Origin: a virus
DNA: 64,000 nt
Direction: 5' to 3' (one strand)
IMG/VR virus record: IMGVR_UViG_3300022752_000025
Coordinates: 68,274-132,273 of that record
Shown: positions 37,376 through 48,313 of the stretch, piece after piece
Layout of the letters: every line of letters begins with the position of its first letter
How positions within the stretch are numbered: position 1 is the first letter of the stretch
Translations under genes and position numbers: made by a program
Notes under the pieces: model-generated
The model's input: the letters and a program-made list of their open reading frames with translations, nothing else
Database searches by the model: none
Told to the model about the DNA's origin: nothing

Positions 37376-38050
37376 ATGCCAATACCTCAACCAAAAAATA
37401 AAGAAAAACAAAATGATTATATGGGTCGCTGCATGCACAAATTAGCAGAAGATAAAATGCCAAATAAACAAAAGGTAGCAATCTGTTTAAATACTTATAA
37501 TAATCCCAAAAAGAAAAGTAAAGCAGAAATTGAAATAGATTTTTCAGAAGATATTAAAAATATGAATAAAAAAGAAGAAATTAAAATAGAAGAGGCACCA
37601 AAAGTTGAAGCTAAAATTGAAGCCCCAACAAATACGGCAGTAACGGCTCCAGCTGCAGAAGTTAAAGCAGAAGTAGATGGTAAAGGCGAAATGATTCAAA
37701 CCATGATGCTTCAAATGCAAAATCAATATAAAATTTTTCATTGGCAGACCACATCATTTTCTCAACATAAAAGTTTTGACGATGCAGTAGGAAGTTTAAT
37801 TGAAAATATTGATGAATTCATTGAAACATATATGGGCAAATATGGCAGAGTAATTGCTTCTAATACATTTAATCTTACCATAGGAAATTATGCTAGCACA
37901 GATTTCGTTGCAGTCACAGATGTATATATTAATTTTCTTATTGGCTTAAGTAGTCAATTAGACTCTGCTAAAGATACAGATTTATTAAATATCAGAGACG
38001 AAATTCTTGGTAGTTTAAATAAATTAAAATACTTATTAACATTAACATAA
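37376..38050 (+). CDS. ferritin/Dps-like (DUF5856-like) protein with N-terminal MPIP module
   Basis: KIFHWQT.SFSQHK.FD...IDEFIETYMGKYG...LLNIRDEILGSLNKLKYLLTL; start moved to ATG 37376. Confidence 0.75.
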   Translation: MPIPQPKNKEKQNDYMGRCMHKLAEDKMPNKQKVAICLNTYNNPKKKSKAEIEIDFSEDIKNMNKKEEIKIEEAPKVEAKIEAPTNTAVTAPAAEVKAEVDGKGEMIQTMMLQMQNQYKIFHWQTTSFSQHKSFDDAVGSLIENIDEFIETYMGKYGRVIASNTFNLTIGNYASTDFVAVTDVYINFLIGLSSQLDSAKDTDLLNIRDEILGSLNKLKYLLTLT

Positions 38051-38054
38051 ATAT

Positions 38055-38357
38055 ATGGGATATAAAGCTAAATATATCGAAGTAGATATTACAGAAACAG
38101 AAGCTTATCAAAAAACATATAAAGGCAAAAAGAGAAGCGAATTAAAAGATAGTGATTTTCTTTTTCCAGAAACTCGTAGTTTTCCGATTGTTAGTCCACA
38201 AGATGTTCGCGATGCAATTAACAATTTTGGGCGCATGAAAAGCAATATGACTTATGATGCCTTTATTAAAAAATTATATAATAAAGCTAAAAGTAAAGGT
38301 CCAGAATTTGTAGCGGCTATCCCAGAATCAACTAAAAAAGAACATAATTTATCTTAA
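38055..38357 (+). CDS. DUF6582-like phage protein
   Basis: KRSELKDSDFLFPETRSFPI....VRDAI..F. Confidence 0.65.
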   Translation: MGYKAKYIEVDITETEAYQKTYKGKKRSELKDSDFLFPETRSFPIVSPQDVRDAINNFGRMKSNMTYDAFIKKLYNKAKSKGPEFVAAIPESTKKEHNLS

Positions 38358-38400
38358 TTTTCTTGACTTATATTAATATATTTAATATTATTATTATAAG

Positions 38401-39393
38401 TTGAATTTTGTACTTTTAAATACTCATAAAATATTTCCATCTCCTATATCTGGAGGAATAGAAAAGCGTATAGAAGCTTTTATTAAGTTTTGTATTAATG
38501 AAAATATATCATTAAAGATTATATCATCTGAAAAGATTTCAAACCCAGAATATATTTATATTCCAGCAAATAGTCAAGAAGAATTTGTTTCAAAAGCTTT
38601 ACAATATATAAATAAAAATGATAAAATTATAAGTTATAATCTTACAAATGAAAGTTGTCAAATCATAAATAATAAAGAAATAAAAACAATAAACGCAAAT
38701 TGTGGCGGAATGGCTAAAGGCTCAAGACCATCTTTATTTATATTTAGCTCTAATATTATTACAAACAGATTCTTATCTTTAAATCAAAAATTATCTTATA
38801 ATGGTTTTTATAATGAAAATGAGACATGCATAATACCACATGGGCTAAATGAAGATGAATTTTATTTTAATCAGGATGAGCAGAATAATAGATATTTTGT
38901 TTGGTGTGGTAGCCTAGGCTGGGGATTACAAGCCAAAGGTCTTGATCTATTTATTAAACTAGCAGAATTAAATCCAAAGGATCAATTTAAAATCTATGGA
39001 GCCAGTTGGAATAGTGAACACCTAGAGAACTACTTAAAACGATTAAATATACCTAACTTACAATTTTATTTAGGATTAGAAGATCAAGATAAAAATGCTG
39101 TAATGTCAAACGCTATAGCTTTATGTCAATTTACAAGGCTCATAGAGTCTTGCAATATAACAACTTTGGAAGCATATTCTAGAGGAACCCCAGTTATTAC
39201 ATTAGATGAAGATCAAGGCGGAGTAACAAATAATGCTAAATTTTTTGATCTAACTTTAAAAAATTTCGATGATTTTATTAATATAAAAAATAAAGCAATG
39301 AATTTTAATAGAAAAGATATATATGATTTTTATAAAAACAAATTTCATTGCAAAAATGAATACGAGCTTTTAATCAAGGAATTCAATAAATGA
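38401..39393 (+). CDS. GT4-like glycosyltransferase
   Basis: GGIE, IPHG, KGLD, ESCNITTLEAYSRGTPVI. Confidence 0.8.
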   Translation: MNFVLLNTHKIFPSPISGGIEKRIEAFIKFCINENISLKIISSEKISNPEYIYIPANSQEEFVSKALQYINKNDKIISYNLTNESCQIINNKEIKTINANCGGMAKGSRPSLFIFSSNIITNRFLSLNQKLSYNGFYNENETCIIPHGLNEDEFYFNQDEQNNRYFVWCGSLGWGLQAKGLDLFIKLAELNPKDQFKIYGASWNSEHLENYLKRLNIPNLQFYLGLEDQDKNAVMSNAIALCQFTRLIESCNITTLEAYSRGTPVITLDEDQGGVTNNAKFFDLTLKNFDDFINIKNKAMNFNRKDIYDFYKNKFHCKNEYELLIKEFNK

Positions 39394-40229
39394 AAATATA
39401 TTTCTGTGGTATAACTCAAAATAAAAAAGATGAAATCAATGATCTTACCAAAGATATTTATCAACATTTTGATGGTTTAATTTTTGTAGATGGTGGCTCT
39501 ACAGACGGAACACTAGAACTACTAGAATCAAGAAAAGGTAAAGGATCGATAATAAAAAGAAAATGGACAAATGATCACGATTTTCAGATGAATGAAATTT
39601 TGAGACAAGGGCCAATGATTAATGGCGATTGGTTTATTATTCGAGATACAGAAGAACGGCTAAATCCAAAATTTACATTAGAAATAAAATCATTTATTAA
39701 TAATTTAGAAAACTCCAGAATATCGTCCTGCTGGTGGGAAGGAAAGGGATTTCTTTTTAAATATTATGACGATATGTTTTTTCAAGGAAGCCCACACTGG
39801 GGATTAATGAATACAAGACCTCAAGGAATTGATTTAGCTAAATATTTTAATCACAACAATGAGACAAGAGAAATAACTTGGAATAACAGAACAGATACTA
39901 GATCTAGAAAAGATTGGTTCAAACATCATCTTAAATATTATTGGGTTTATGGAAGGTCCAATCATCTTCTCCTTGGGAGAGAAAATAAAATTAAAGAATA
40001 TCAAGAACTTGAAGCAAACAGAATAAACTTCAGAGAATATTCCAGAATTAAATATAATGTAAATTTCACAATAGAAAGCTTACACGAATTGCTTTCTTCA
40101 AATAAATGGGAGAATGATAATATATTTTTAGAAATGTTTAACAAAGAGCCAATCTTACAAAGATATTATTTATCTCATATAAAAAATGAAACAATAGAAT
40201 CAATTGTTAAAACTTGGGGAGAAGGTTAA
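39390..40229 (+). CDS. GT2-like glycosyltransferase
   Basis: FVDGGSTDGTLE, WFIIRDTEE. Confidence 0.8.
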   Translation: MKIYFCGITQNKKDEINDLTKDIYQHFDGLIFVDGGSTDGTLELLESRKGKGSIIKRKWTNDHDFQMNEILRQGPMINGDWFIIRDTEERLNPKFTLEIKSFINNLENSRISSCWWEGKGFLFKYYDDMFFQGSPHWGLMNTRPQGIDLAKYFNHNNETREITWNNRTDTRSRKDWFKHHLKYYWVYGRSNHLLLGRENKIKEYQELEANRINFREYSRIKYNVNFTIESLHELLSSNKWENDNIFLEMFNKEPILQRYYLSHIKNETIESIVKTWGEG

Positions 40230-40230
40230 T

Positions 40231-40995
40231 ATGTTTAGCATTTATTCTTCAGCTTTTAATTTAATAAAAAATAATTTTGACTACAGGGCAACGATTAATA
40301 ATTTTTCATCTTTTGCCGAAGAAGTTGTAATTGCAATAAATAAATCAGAAGATGAAACGCTTGAAAAAATCAAAGATTTAAAAATATCAAATTTAAAAAT
40401 TGTAGAAGCAAATATAAGTTATGAAGATCCACTTCTAGATGGAAAAATAAAAAATTTAGCTCTTCAAAATACCACGTTGCCATTGAAAATTGGATTAGAT
40501 ATGGATGAATATATCCCACTTTGGCAAAAAAGTATGTGGATAAATTTAGGAAGTCAACTTCTCGAAGATAATGAAGCAGATTGTTATATGATACCTTCTT
40601 TAAATCTCTATAGAAATGAAGATGAATATGCGTCAATTAATCCTAAATGGTATTTACATAAATCAGGCTTAATAAGAGGCCCAGTATTTTTTGGGTTAAA
40701 ACAAGGTAATTTTCTAGATATAGAAAAAAGCGATGGATGTGAATTAATTTATCCCGATAAAACTTTAGCAAGATCTAGAATTGCTCCGACAGATATTGAT
40801 ATACTTAGATCAAATCAAGCCCCATTTGTTGTACATACAGGTTATCTTTCTATTAAAAATAGAATTTTAAGACAAGAAAATTTTTGGAATAAACATTGGG
40901 AAAGAGCTTCTGGAGGATTACAAAAAAGTACTAATCCAACAAAAGAAGAAGATTTCATCAGCAAAACACAAAAACATTTATTAAGAATAAAATGA
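40231..40995 (+). CDS. GT2-like glycosyltransferase
   Basis: SEDETLE, KNLAL, LDMDE, VHTGY; start moved to ATG 40231. Confidence 0.78.
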   Translation: MFSIYSSAFNLIKNNFDYRATINNFSSFAEEVVIAINKSEDETLEKIKDLKISNLKIVEANISYEDPLLDGKIKNLALQNTTLPLKIGLDMDEYIPLWQKSMWINLGSQLLEDNEADCYMIPSLNLYRNEDEYASINPKWYLHKSGLIRGPVFFGLKQGNFLDIEKSDGCELIYPDKTLARSRIAPTDIDILRSNQAPFVVHTGYLSIKNRILRQENFWNKHWERASGGLQKSTNPTKEEDFISKTQKHLLRIK

Positions 40996-41831
40996 ATCAA
41001 AACCAACAAGATTTTAAAAATTTAATAACAACATATAAAGTTGGGATAGGAATTGAAGGGGTAGGTATAGGAGATAAAATCCAATATACTCATCTGCCAG
41101 AAAATATATATAAAAACTTTGGAGTAAAATTATATGATCCATTTAAATATTGGGTTTTTGATAAAAATCCATACATAATAAGAGATTCAAATCCAGATAT
41201 TTTAATTATATTAGATAAAGTATTTGATTTACCAAAAGAAAAACATGAAACAATATATGGTACACAAGATTTTTCTAGAGCTTCTAAGCATTGCAGCATC
41301 TTAGGAATCAAATGTTATCTTAGGCATTATAATTTATATGACCAAAACGAACAAATCATAGACTATAAAAAAATATCAATACATGTTGGGCCAGGTAAAT
41401 CAACCGCTGGAGAAATACCAGATCAAATCATTGATGTAATAAAAGAAAAATATAAAAATTTCGAATTAATTCAAGTTGGAGCCATTCAAGATAAAAATAT
41501 TAATGTTAAAGATAAAAGAGGCTCTTCTTTAGAAGAAATGGTTAATATAATTAAAAATTCATTTTTGTTTATAGGCGTAAATTCTGGGCCAATGAATATA
41601 GCAAATTGTTATCCAAATATTTTTAAAAAAATTATATTAACTGAGGGAAATAATGATTATCCTAAATTTAGAACTAATTATGAAGATTTTTTAACAAAAG
41701 AATTTATTCCGCAGAAACACTATGGGAAATTACCACATGTTTCGCATGAAAATTGGCTTGATTTTGGATGTATATATTATAATATATCTAATGATGATAT
41801 GGGCGTAACATATTCATATACAAAAATATGA
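40992..41831 (+). CDS. GT9 (heptosyltransferase-like) protein
   Basis: GIGD, LIQVG, FIGVNSGPMNIA. Confidence 0.75.
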   Translation: MNQNQQDFKNLITTYKVGIGIEGVGIGDKIQYTHLPENIYKNFGVKLYDPFKYWVFDKNPYIIRDSNPDILIILDKVFDLPKEKHETIYGTQDFSRASKHCSILGIKCYLRHYNLYDQNEQIIDYKKISIHVGPGKSTAGEIPDQIIDVIKEKYKNFELIQVGAIQDKNINVKDKRGSSLEEMVNIIKNSFLFIGVNSGPMNIANCYPNIFKKIILTEGNNDYPKFRTNYEDFLTKEFIPQKHYGKLPHVSHENWLDFGCIYYNISNDDMGVTYSYTKI

Positions 41832-42178
41832 TTAATTTATTAGTTGATGAAGCGTATGCTTTTGACTTTTTAAGTATTTTTTATATAAAAAGAAATAATA
41901 GTATTTTTAATAAAAAAGCTTGGAAAGAATGTGAGGCTTCTATAAAAAATCAAATACCAGATAAATTTAATATTATCATAAAATCAAAAGAATATAAAGC
42001 GTTATTAGAAGCAAATAAAAAAACATTTAATGCAGTAGATAAAGCAAAAAAAGATCTAGTAAAAGCTAGTTATGTTGATCAATGTAACTATGAAAGATAT
42101 CTAGCTAAAAAATCTTTACAAAACAAATTCTTTACTACTTCTTTAAAAGAAACTAAAATAGGTTATAAACAAAAATAA
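41828..42178 (+). CDS. hypothetical protein of sugar-cluster type
   Basis: VDEAYAFD.LSI..IK...N.ERY..K. Confidence 0.6.
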   Translation: MINLLVDEAYAFDFLSIFYIKRNNSIFNKKAWKECEASIKNQIPDKFNIIIKSKEYKALLEANKKTFNAVDKAKKDLVKASYVDQCNYERYLAKKSLQNKFFTTSLKETKIGYKQK

Positions 42179-42188
42179 GGAATAAAAT

Positions 42189-42788
42189 ATGAAAGAATTT
42201 ATTAAAATGGATGAAAATAATATGATGTTTTCTTACAAAGAAATCAGATTAGAACAAAGAGTTGAAGTCGTTGATGCTTTGGAAAAACTATATCTAGAAC
42301 TCAAAAAGACTAATGATATGCCAAAAACTATTATCGAGATAGGAATGAATCATGGAGGATTTTCTTTAGTTTTAAACGATTCAATAATTTCTCGACAATC
42401 AGAAATATATTGCTTTGATATCGTTGATAGAAATTTTGAAAATAATTTAAAGAATACAAAAATAAGATGGTTTATAAATGATATATTTAAAATTGAATCT
42501 TTTGTTAAAAGCTTAATAGAAAGAGAAGGTAAAACTTTACTATTTTGTGATGGAGGTAATAAAGCTAAAGAATTTAATACTTTCGCAAAATATTTAAAAC
42601 CTGGAGATTTAATATTTTCTCATGACTATCATCAAGACCAAGAATCTTATGACAAAAATAAAGATAGATGGCCTTGGTGGGAAAGCAGATTTGCAGATTT
42701 AAAAGATACATGCAAAATATATAATTTACAACCATTCATGCAAGAAGAGTTTGAAAAATGCGTTTGGGCGTGTAGAATTAAAGTTTAA
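42189..42788 (+). CDS. SAM-dependent (CmcI-like) O-methyltransferase
   Basis: IIEIG..HGG, FCDGG, LKPGDLIFSHDY. Confidence 0.78.
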   Translation: MKEFIKMDENNMMFSYKEIRLEQRVEVVDALEKLYLELKKTNDMPKTIIEIGMNHGGFSLVLNDSIISRQSEIYCFDIVDRNFENNLKNTKIRWFINDIFKIESFVKSLIEREGKTLLFCDGGNKAKEFNTFAKYLKPGDLIFSHDYHQDQESYDKNKDRWPWWESRFADLKDTCKIYNLQPFMQEEFEKCVWACRIKV

Positions 42789-42853
42789 ATTTGATGAATC
42801 TTTGCGATCCAAATTCATATCATAAATATGATTCTTTAAAAGAAATTTAAAAA

Positions 42854-43621
42854 ATGAAGATAGGAATATTATGTAATTTTTATGGTTTTCCACAGTATTT
42901 AGGCCAGGTCTTAGACTCATGGAAAAAATTTAATGATATATGTATTTTTGCCGCATCCTCATGTAAGTTTGATCAATATTTAAATATAAATTATATAAAA
43001 GAAGATAATGAAACAGCTTTTAGATTAAAAACTCAATATAAAGATATTATTTCATATGTATATGACTCTAAAGTATCTAATGATTCTATAGTAAGGAATC
43101 ATCCTCTTGAATATTTATTAAATCAAAATGTAGACTATATTTGGCTTTTAGATGAAGATGAATTCTATACAGAGGAACAAATTAATAATATTATATCATT
43201 CATACAATCAGAACCATTTATTGGATGGTTTAAAATAAATTTTAAAAATTATGTAAATGATGAAAATCATTGGATAGATGGCTTTTGTCCTCCAAGAATA
43301 TTTAAAGCAAAATTTAATGATCTTAAGTTAAATAAATTTTATTTTGAAAATGACGTTAATTACATCAATAAAGAAAATAAAGAAATAGATTATAAAAGTT
43401 TATCTAATATAGAAATCCCAAGGTCAATAGCCCATATTAGACATTATTCATGGTGTGGAGATAAGATATTTTTGAAAAATAAAGTCAAATATCAATTATT
43501 AAGATATAATGGAATATGTTCATATATATGGAATGAAAAAGATGAAAAACTTGAATTAAATATAGATGATTTTTATAATAAATATAATATAAAAGCCCCC
43601 ACAATAAATAAAGATAAGTGA
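42854..43621 (+). CDS. GT2-like glycosyltransferase
   Basis: DYIWLLDEDEFY, HYSW. Confidence 0.75.
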   Translation: MKIGILCNFYGFPQYLGQVLDSWKKFNDICIFAASSCKFDQYLNINYIKEDNETAFRLKTQYKDIISYVYDSKVSNDSIVRNHPLEYLLNQNVDYIWLLDEDEFYTEEQINNIISFIQSEPFIGWFKINFKNYVNDENHWIDGFCPPRIFKAKFNDLKLNKFYFENDVNYINKENKEIDYKSLSNIEIPRSIAHIRHYSWCGDKIFLKNKVKYQLLRYNGICSYIWNEKDEKLELNIDDFYNKYNIKAPTINKDK

Positions 43622-44328
43622 AAACTATACTAGTATCAACGATTATAAGAGACCGCGAGCAATTTCTTGATAATTGGATTAAACAATTAAAAGAATTAGT
43701 TCAAATTGATGAAAATAATGAGTATTATTTATCTGTTTATGAAAATGATTCTAAAGATGGAACGAAAGATAAATTAAAGTCTTTTGATTTTTCATTTTTA
43801 AAAGGGTTCAAAATTCAAACAGAAGACTTAAATACCAAAAAATTTGGAAGTATTATCAGTGACGAAAGAGTAAAACTTCTTGCAGAGGCTAGAAATAAAT
43901 CTATATTTAATAATAATTTTTTAAGCAAAGCTTCTCACGTTTTTGTTGTAGAACCAGATGTAAAATATGTCCCAAATATCATTGCTAAAAATATAATTAA
44001 TCTTGGAGAATATGATATTATCTCACCAAGAAGTACAAATTATGGATCAAAATTATATGATGATTGGGCCACTAGAAAAAATTCGAGTGAAAGAAGATGG
44101 ACAAATACTTTTGATATTCCAGATTCGTTAGTCGAAGTATGGTCAACTTTTAATTGCCTATGCCTTTATAATGCCGAACCAATTAAAAATAATATTACAT
44201 TCGATAGTTTTAATGAAAGATTTAATGCTTCTGATTGTGATACAACTGTTATCTGTGAAAATTTTAGAAAAAATGGGTATAATAAAATTTTTATGAATGG
44301 AAGCGTAGAAGTATTTCATGAAGAATAA
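43618..44328 (+). CDS. GT-A fold glycosyltransferase
   Basis: YENDSKDGT, LAEARN, VEPD, YDDWA, STFNCLCLY. Confidence 0.75.
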   Translation: MKTILVSTIIRDREQFLDNWIKQLKELVQIDENNEYYLSVYENDSKDGTKDKLKSFDFSFLKGFKIQTEDLNTKKFGSIISDERVKLLAEARNKSIFNNNFLSKASHVFVVEPDVKYVPNIIAKNIINLGEYDIISPRSTNYGSKLYDDWATRKNSSERRWTNTFDIPDSLVEVWSTFNCLCLYNAEPIKNNITFDSFNERFNASDCDTTVICENFRKNGYNKIFMNGSVEVFHEE

Positions 44329-45505
44329 AATGAATTGGCCACTAAATATAAATAATTTTTCTATTTTAGATAGAATTAGCATATCTTTATTTATACTTAA
44401 TTTTAATAATAGATGGACACAAGATAAAGAAGTTAAAAAATTTGAGCAAAAAATGGCTGATTTTATTGGAACAAAATATGCGATATTTGTTTCTAGTGGT
44501 TCAACAGCAAATACATTATTAGCTCAGTACATTAAAGATCATACGAATAATTTTAGCGAAAGAAACCAAGTCATTTTTCCATCATTAACATGGCAAACTT
44601 CATGCTCTCCTTGGATAAGGGAAGGATTTGATCCAGTTTTTATTGATATATCTATGGAAGATTTTTCTATAGATAAAAATAAATTGTTAAATTATATTGA
44701 AAAAAATAATAAAAAGGTTGCCTGCGTATTCCCTACTTCTTTAATTGGATATACTCAAGATATTGAAATTTTAAATATTATAAAACATAAATATAAAATT
44801 CCAGTTTTTATGGATAATTGCGAAAATACATTTGGAAGATATAAAAATAAAAATATATCTTCATATTTTACTTCTTCGACATCAACCTATTTTGGGCATC
44901 AACTTCAATCTATAGAAGGTGGATTTATTTTTACAAATGATATTAATGAGTATGAATATTTTTTAATGAATAGAAATCATGGCATGTCTAGAAGTTTGGA
45001 TGGATATAATCTAAATAAAACTAAATATTTAAATACATCCGTAGATCCATTATTTGATTTCTTTTCTTTAGGTAATAATTTTAGAAATACGGATTTAAAT
45101 GCATTTATAGGCCAACTAGATTTAAAAAGAGCAGATCTTTATATAAAAGAAAGAATTAAAAAATATAAAATATATTACAATTTATTAGATAAAGATAAAT
45201 TCTTTCTTCCAGAATATAGACATGATAATCTAGACGTTCCATTTTGTTTGCCTGTTATAGTTAAAAATTCGAATAAATCTATCTATAAAGAAGCTAAAAA
45301 TATTTGCAAAAAATATAATATAGAATATAGACCAATTATATCTGGATTTTTAGGCTATCAAACTTGCTATAAAAAATATTTTAAAGATATAACACAATAT
45401 GAAAATGCCATTTATTTACATGAATATGGTTTTTATGTTGGACTTTATTCTAATTTAGATATAAGATATATTAAAGATTTTGTAAAGGAATTAAATAATT
45501 TATGA
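44318..45505 (+). CDS. DegT/DnrJ-family PLP enzyme with His in place of the catalytic Lys (ColD/E1-type 3-dehydratase)
   Basis: VSSGSTAN, DNCE, STYFGHQLQSIEGG, RNHG, GNNFR. Confidence 0.85.
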   Translation: MKNKMNWPLNINNFSILDRISISLFILNFNNRWTQDKEVKKFEQKMADFIGTKYAIFVSSGSTANTLLAQYIKDHTNNFSERNQVIFPSLTWQTSCSPWIREGFDPVFIDISMEDFSIDKNKLLNYIEKNNKKVACVFPTSLIGYTQDIEILNIIKHKYKIPVFMDNCENTFGRYKNKNISSYFTSSTSTYFGHQLQSIEGGFIFTNDINEYEYFLMNRNHGMSRSLDGYNLNKTKYLNTSVDPLFDFFSLGNNFRNTDLNAFIGQLDLKRADLYIKERIKKYKIYYNLLDKDKFFLPEYRHDNLDVPFCLPVIVKNSNKSIYKEAKNICKKYNIEYRPIISGFLGYQTCYKKYFKDITQYENAIYLHEYGFYVGLYSNLDIRYIKDFVKELNNL

Positions 45506-46542
45506 AAAAAGCTGTTATTACTGGAGTTACTGGTCAAGATGGTTCTTACATGGTAGATTATTTGCTTGAAAATACAGATCTTTTTATATATGGAATTAGA
45601 CGTAGAAGCTCAAATCCAAATTTAAAAAATATTGAACATAATTTAAATAATCCAAGATTTAAAATCTTAATAGGAGATTTATCAGATAGCAATTCGATAG
45701 ATGAAATAGTTAAAGAAACAAAGCCAGATTATTTTATTAATTTTGCCGCACAATCTTTTGTTGGAAGTAGTTGGCAGATTCCACTTCAAACATTTGATGC
45801 TACCGCACTTGGAGTACTAAGATGTTTAGAAGCAATAAGGAAATATGCTCCAAATTGTCATTTTTATTCAGCAGGTTCAAGCGAAGAAATGGGTGATGTT
45901 TTATATGCTCCACAAAATTTAAACCATCCAATTAGGCCAAGAAGTCCATATGGCGCAGCAAAGGCTTCTGCAAGACATATTACTAAAGTTTATAGAGAAT
46001 CTTATAATTTATACGCTATACATTCTATATTATATAATCATGAAAGTGAAAGAAGAGGCGAAGAATTTGTTACAAGAAAAATTACACAAAATGTAGGAAG
46101 AATTTATAAAGCTATAAAAAATAACTCTTCATTTGAACCTTTAGAATTAGGGAATCTTGATTCTAAAAGAGATTGGAGTCATGCAGAAGATTTTATTAAA
46201 GGAATATGGCTTATGTTAAATCAAGAAAAACCAAAAGAATATATCCTTTCTTCAAATGAAACGCATTCCGTAAGAGAGTTTGTGGAAAAAGCCTTTAGAT
46301 TTGCTGGCATAAATAATTTTAATTGGACGGGTAAAAATGAAGAAGAGCGTTTAATTTTAAATGACTCTAATATTAAATCAAATATTTTAGTAAAAATTAA
46401 TCCAAAATTTTATCGTCCAGCAGAAGTAGATTTACTATTAGGAGATTCGGCTGAAGCTAGAAATGAATTAGATTGGAAGCCAGAGAATTCTTTCGACAAT
46501 TTAATTAAAAGAATGGTCGAAAATGACATTAAAAACACTTAA
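45502..46542 (+). CDS. gmd: GDP-mannose 4,6-dehydratase
   Basis: ITGVTGQDGSY, AAQSFV, SPYGAAK, NHESERRGEEFVTRKI, LGNLDSKRDW, YRPAEVDLLLGD. Confidence 0.96.
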   Translation: MKKAVITGVTGQDGSYMVDYLLENTDLFIYGIRRRSSNPNLKNIEHNLNNPRFKILIGDLSDSNSIDEIVKETKPDYFINFAAQSFVGSSWQIPLQTFDATALGVLRCLEAIRKYAPNCHFYSAGSSEEMGDVLYAPQNLNHPIRPRSPYGAAKASARHITKVYRESYNLYAIHSILYNHESERRGEEFVTRKITQNVGRIYKAIKNNSSFEPLELGNLDSKRDWSHAEDFIKGIWLMLNQEKPKEYILSSNETHSVREFVEKAFRFAGINNFNWTGKNEEERLILNDSNIKSNILVKINPKFYRPAEVDLLLGDSAEARNELDWKPENSFDNLIKRMVENDIKNT

Positions 46543-46843
46543 ATTAAAATTTAATATATATAAAATTAATTTTATATTTTATATTAAAAATTTATTTAAA
46601 TACAAGCATGGATACGCCAAAAACTGCCCAAGCAAAAAATGTCCAGTTTGTAATACTCCTTGGCCAAAATTAGAAAAGACACCTATTCAAAAATATTTAG
46701 ACTCAATAGGGTATTACGATAAATATAGCGATATATTTCGCGATGATGGCAAAATTTTAAAAATGCCCAAGGGAATGAAAGGGCAAGAAATTCTTGATAT
46801 TGCAAAATCTATAAATATAAGTTATACTATAAATAATAAATAA
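46523..46843 (+). CDS. hypothetical protein with CxxC
   Basis: CPVCNTPW; start uncertain. Confidence 0.45.
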   Translation: MTLKTLKLKFNIYKINFIFYIKNLFKYKHGYAKNCPSKKCPVCNTPWPKLEKTPIQKYLDSIGYYDKYSDIFRDDGKILKMPKGMKGQEILDIAKSINISYTINNK

Positions 46844-46845
46844 AA

Positions 46846-47184
46846 ATGAATAATCATAAATTATGCCAAATGATTGTTAAGAAGTATGTTTCTGGTAAAA
46901 TTAATTGGCCAAGAGAAATAAAAATTGCTCAAAAATTAATTAAAAAATTCAAATCATTTGAATTTTGGGATAATTTAATAAATCTAAAAAATCCTCCGCC
47001 ATCCTTAGCTTGGTTTTTAAAGAATGAAGGTAAAGCGTTTTTATTAAAAGAGTACGAGTCTTTTAATCTTAATTTAAATTTAAATAAAATTGAATTAGAA
47101 GAGTATAAATTTTATGAAGATAAAAAGATTTGCAAAAAACCTAAAACCTTGCTAGAATTTATAAGATATGGGAAGAAAACCTAA
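46846..47184 (+). CDS. hypothetical protein
   Basis: Overlaps the start of the recombinase gene. Confidence 0.6.
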   Translation: MNNHKLCQMIVKKYVSGKINWPREIKIAQKLIKKFKSFEFWDNLINLKNPPPSLAWFLKNEGKAFLLKEYESFNLNLNLNKIELEEYKFYEDKKICKKPKTLLEFIRYGKKT

Positions 47185-48313
47185 AGAAGAAGTAAAAGAG
47201 ATTCAAACTGGTCCTTCAGCAAAAAGCAGATTATTATCTTTTTTAAAAGAAAATAAAGAAGATCATTTTAATTTTGAAGAAGAAATTTATTATAAAGTTT
47301 CAACAGGAAGTTTAAATCTTGACATAGCTACTGGAGGAGGATTATCTCCAGGTCTACATAGATTTCTTGGAATGAATGAAGGAGGAAAAACATCAGAAGC
47401 GCTAGAGGTAGCAAAAAATTTTCTTAATTCAGTAAAAGATTCAAGAGCTTTGCTTTTTAAAGCAGAAGGAAGGTTAAGTAAAGAAATACAAGAAAGATCG
47501 GGAGTTAAATTTGTAACAAATCCAGAAGAATGGGAAGATGGCACATGCTTTGTTTTTGAATCAAACATTTTTGAGACAGTATCAGAATTAATGAAAGATT
47601 TAATACAAAATAATGATGAAAATAAAAGATATATTTTCATATTAGATTCGGTAGACGGATTAATGACAAAAAGTGATAGTCAAAAAAGCTTAACAGAAGC
47701 GACAAAAGTAGCTGGTGGAGCGGTAATATCATCAATGTTAATGAAAAAAATATCTTTGGCTTTATCAAAAAGAGGACATATGGCAATTTTTATTAGTCAA
47801 GTCCGTTCTGATATTAAACTTGATCCATATGCAGCTAATAAAGACATTAGGCAAACCACTGCGACAGGAGGAAATGCTCTTTTACATTTTGCTAATTGGA
47901 TTCTTGAATTTGAGCCAAGATTCAACAAAGATCTTATATTAGAAAAACCTAATGAAAAATATGATGCAATTAAAAATAAAATTATTGGACACAATGTTAA
48001 GATTACAATTAAAAAATCAACAAATGAATCCACAAATTCTAAAGTTCAATATCCTATAAAATATGGCAGAAAATCTGGAGCATCTGTATGGAAAGAATAT
48101 GAAGTAATAGATCAAATTCTTGCTTGGGAATTTGCCACAGCAAAAGGAGCTTGGGTTACTTTTTCAGATGAAATTATAGAAGAATTAAAAAAAGAAAATT
48201 TAGATTTAAAAAAGCAACACCAAGGGATTGATAATCTTAGGCTTTATCTAGAAGAAAATAAACCAATAGTAGATTATTTTTATAATAAATTCATAAATAC
48301 TTTGGCATCATGA
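47168..48313 (+). CDS. RecA/UvsX-like recombinase
   Basis: STGSLNLDIATGGG, Walker A GMNEGGKT, ILDSVDGL, FISQVR, TGGNALLHFA, GAW. Confidence 0.88.
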   Translation: MGRKPKEEVKEIQTGPSAKSRLLSFLKENKEDHFNFEEEIYYKVSTGSLNLDIATGGGLSPGLHRFLGMNEGGKTSEALEVAKNFLNSVKDSRALLFKAEGRLSKEIQERSGVKFVTNPEEWEDGTCFVFESNIFETVSELMKDLIQNNDENKRYIFILDSVDGLMTKSDSQKSLTEATKVAGGAVISSMLMKKISLALSKRGHMAIFISQVRSDIKLDPYAANKDIRQTTATGGNALLHFANWILEFEPRFNKDLILEKPNEKYDAIKNKIIGHNVKITIKKSTNESTNSKVQYPIKYGRKSGASVWKEYEVIDQILAWEFATAKGAWVTFSDEIIEELKKENLDLKKQHQGIDNLRLYLEENKPIVDYFYNKFINTLAS

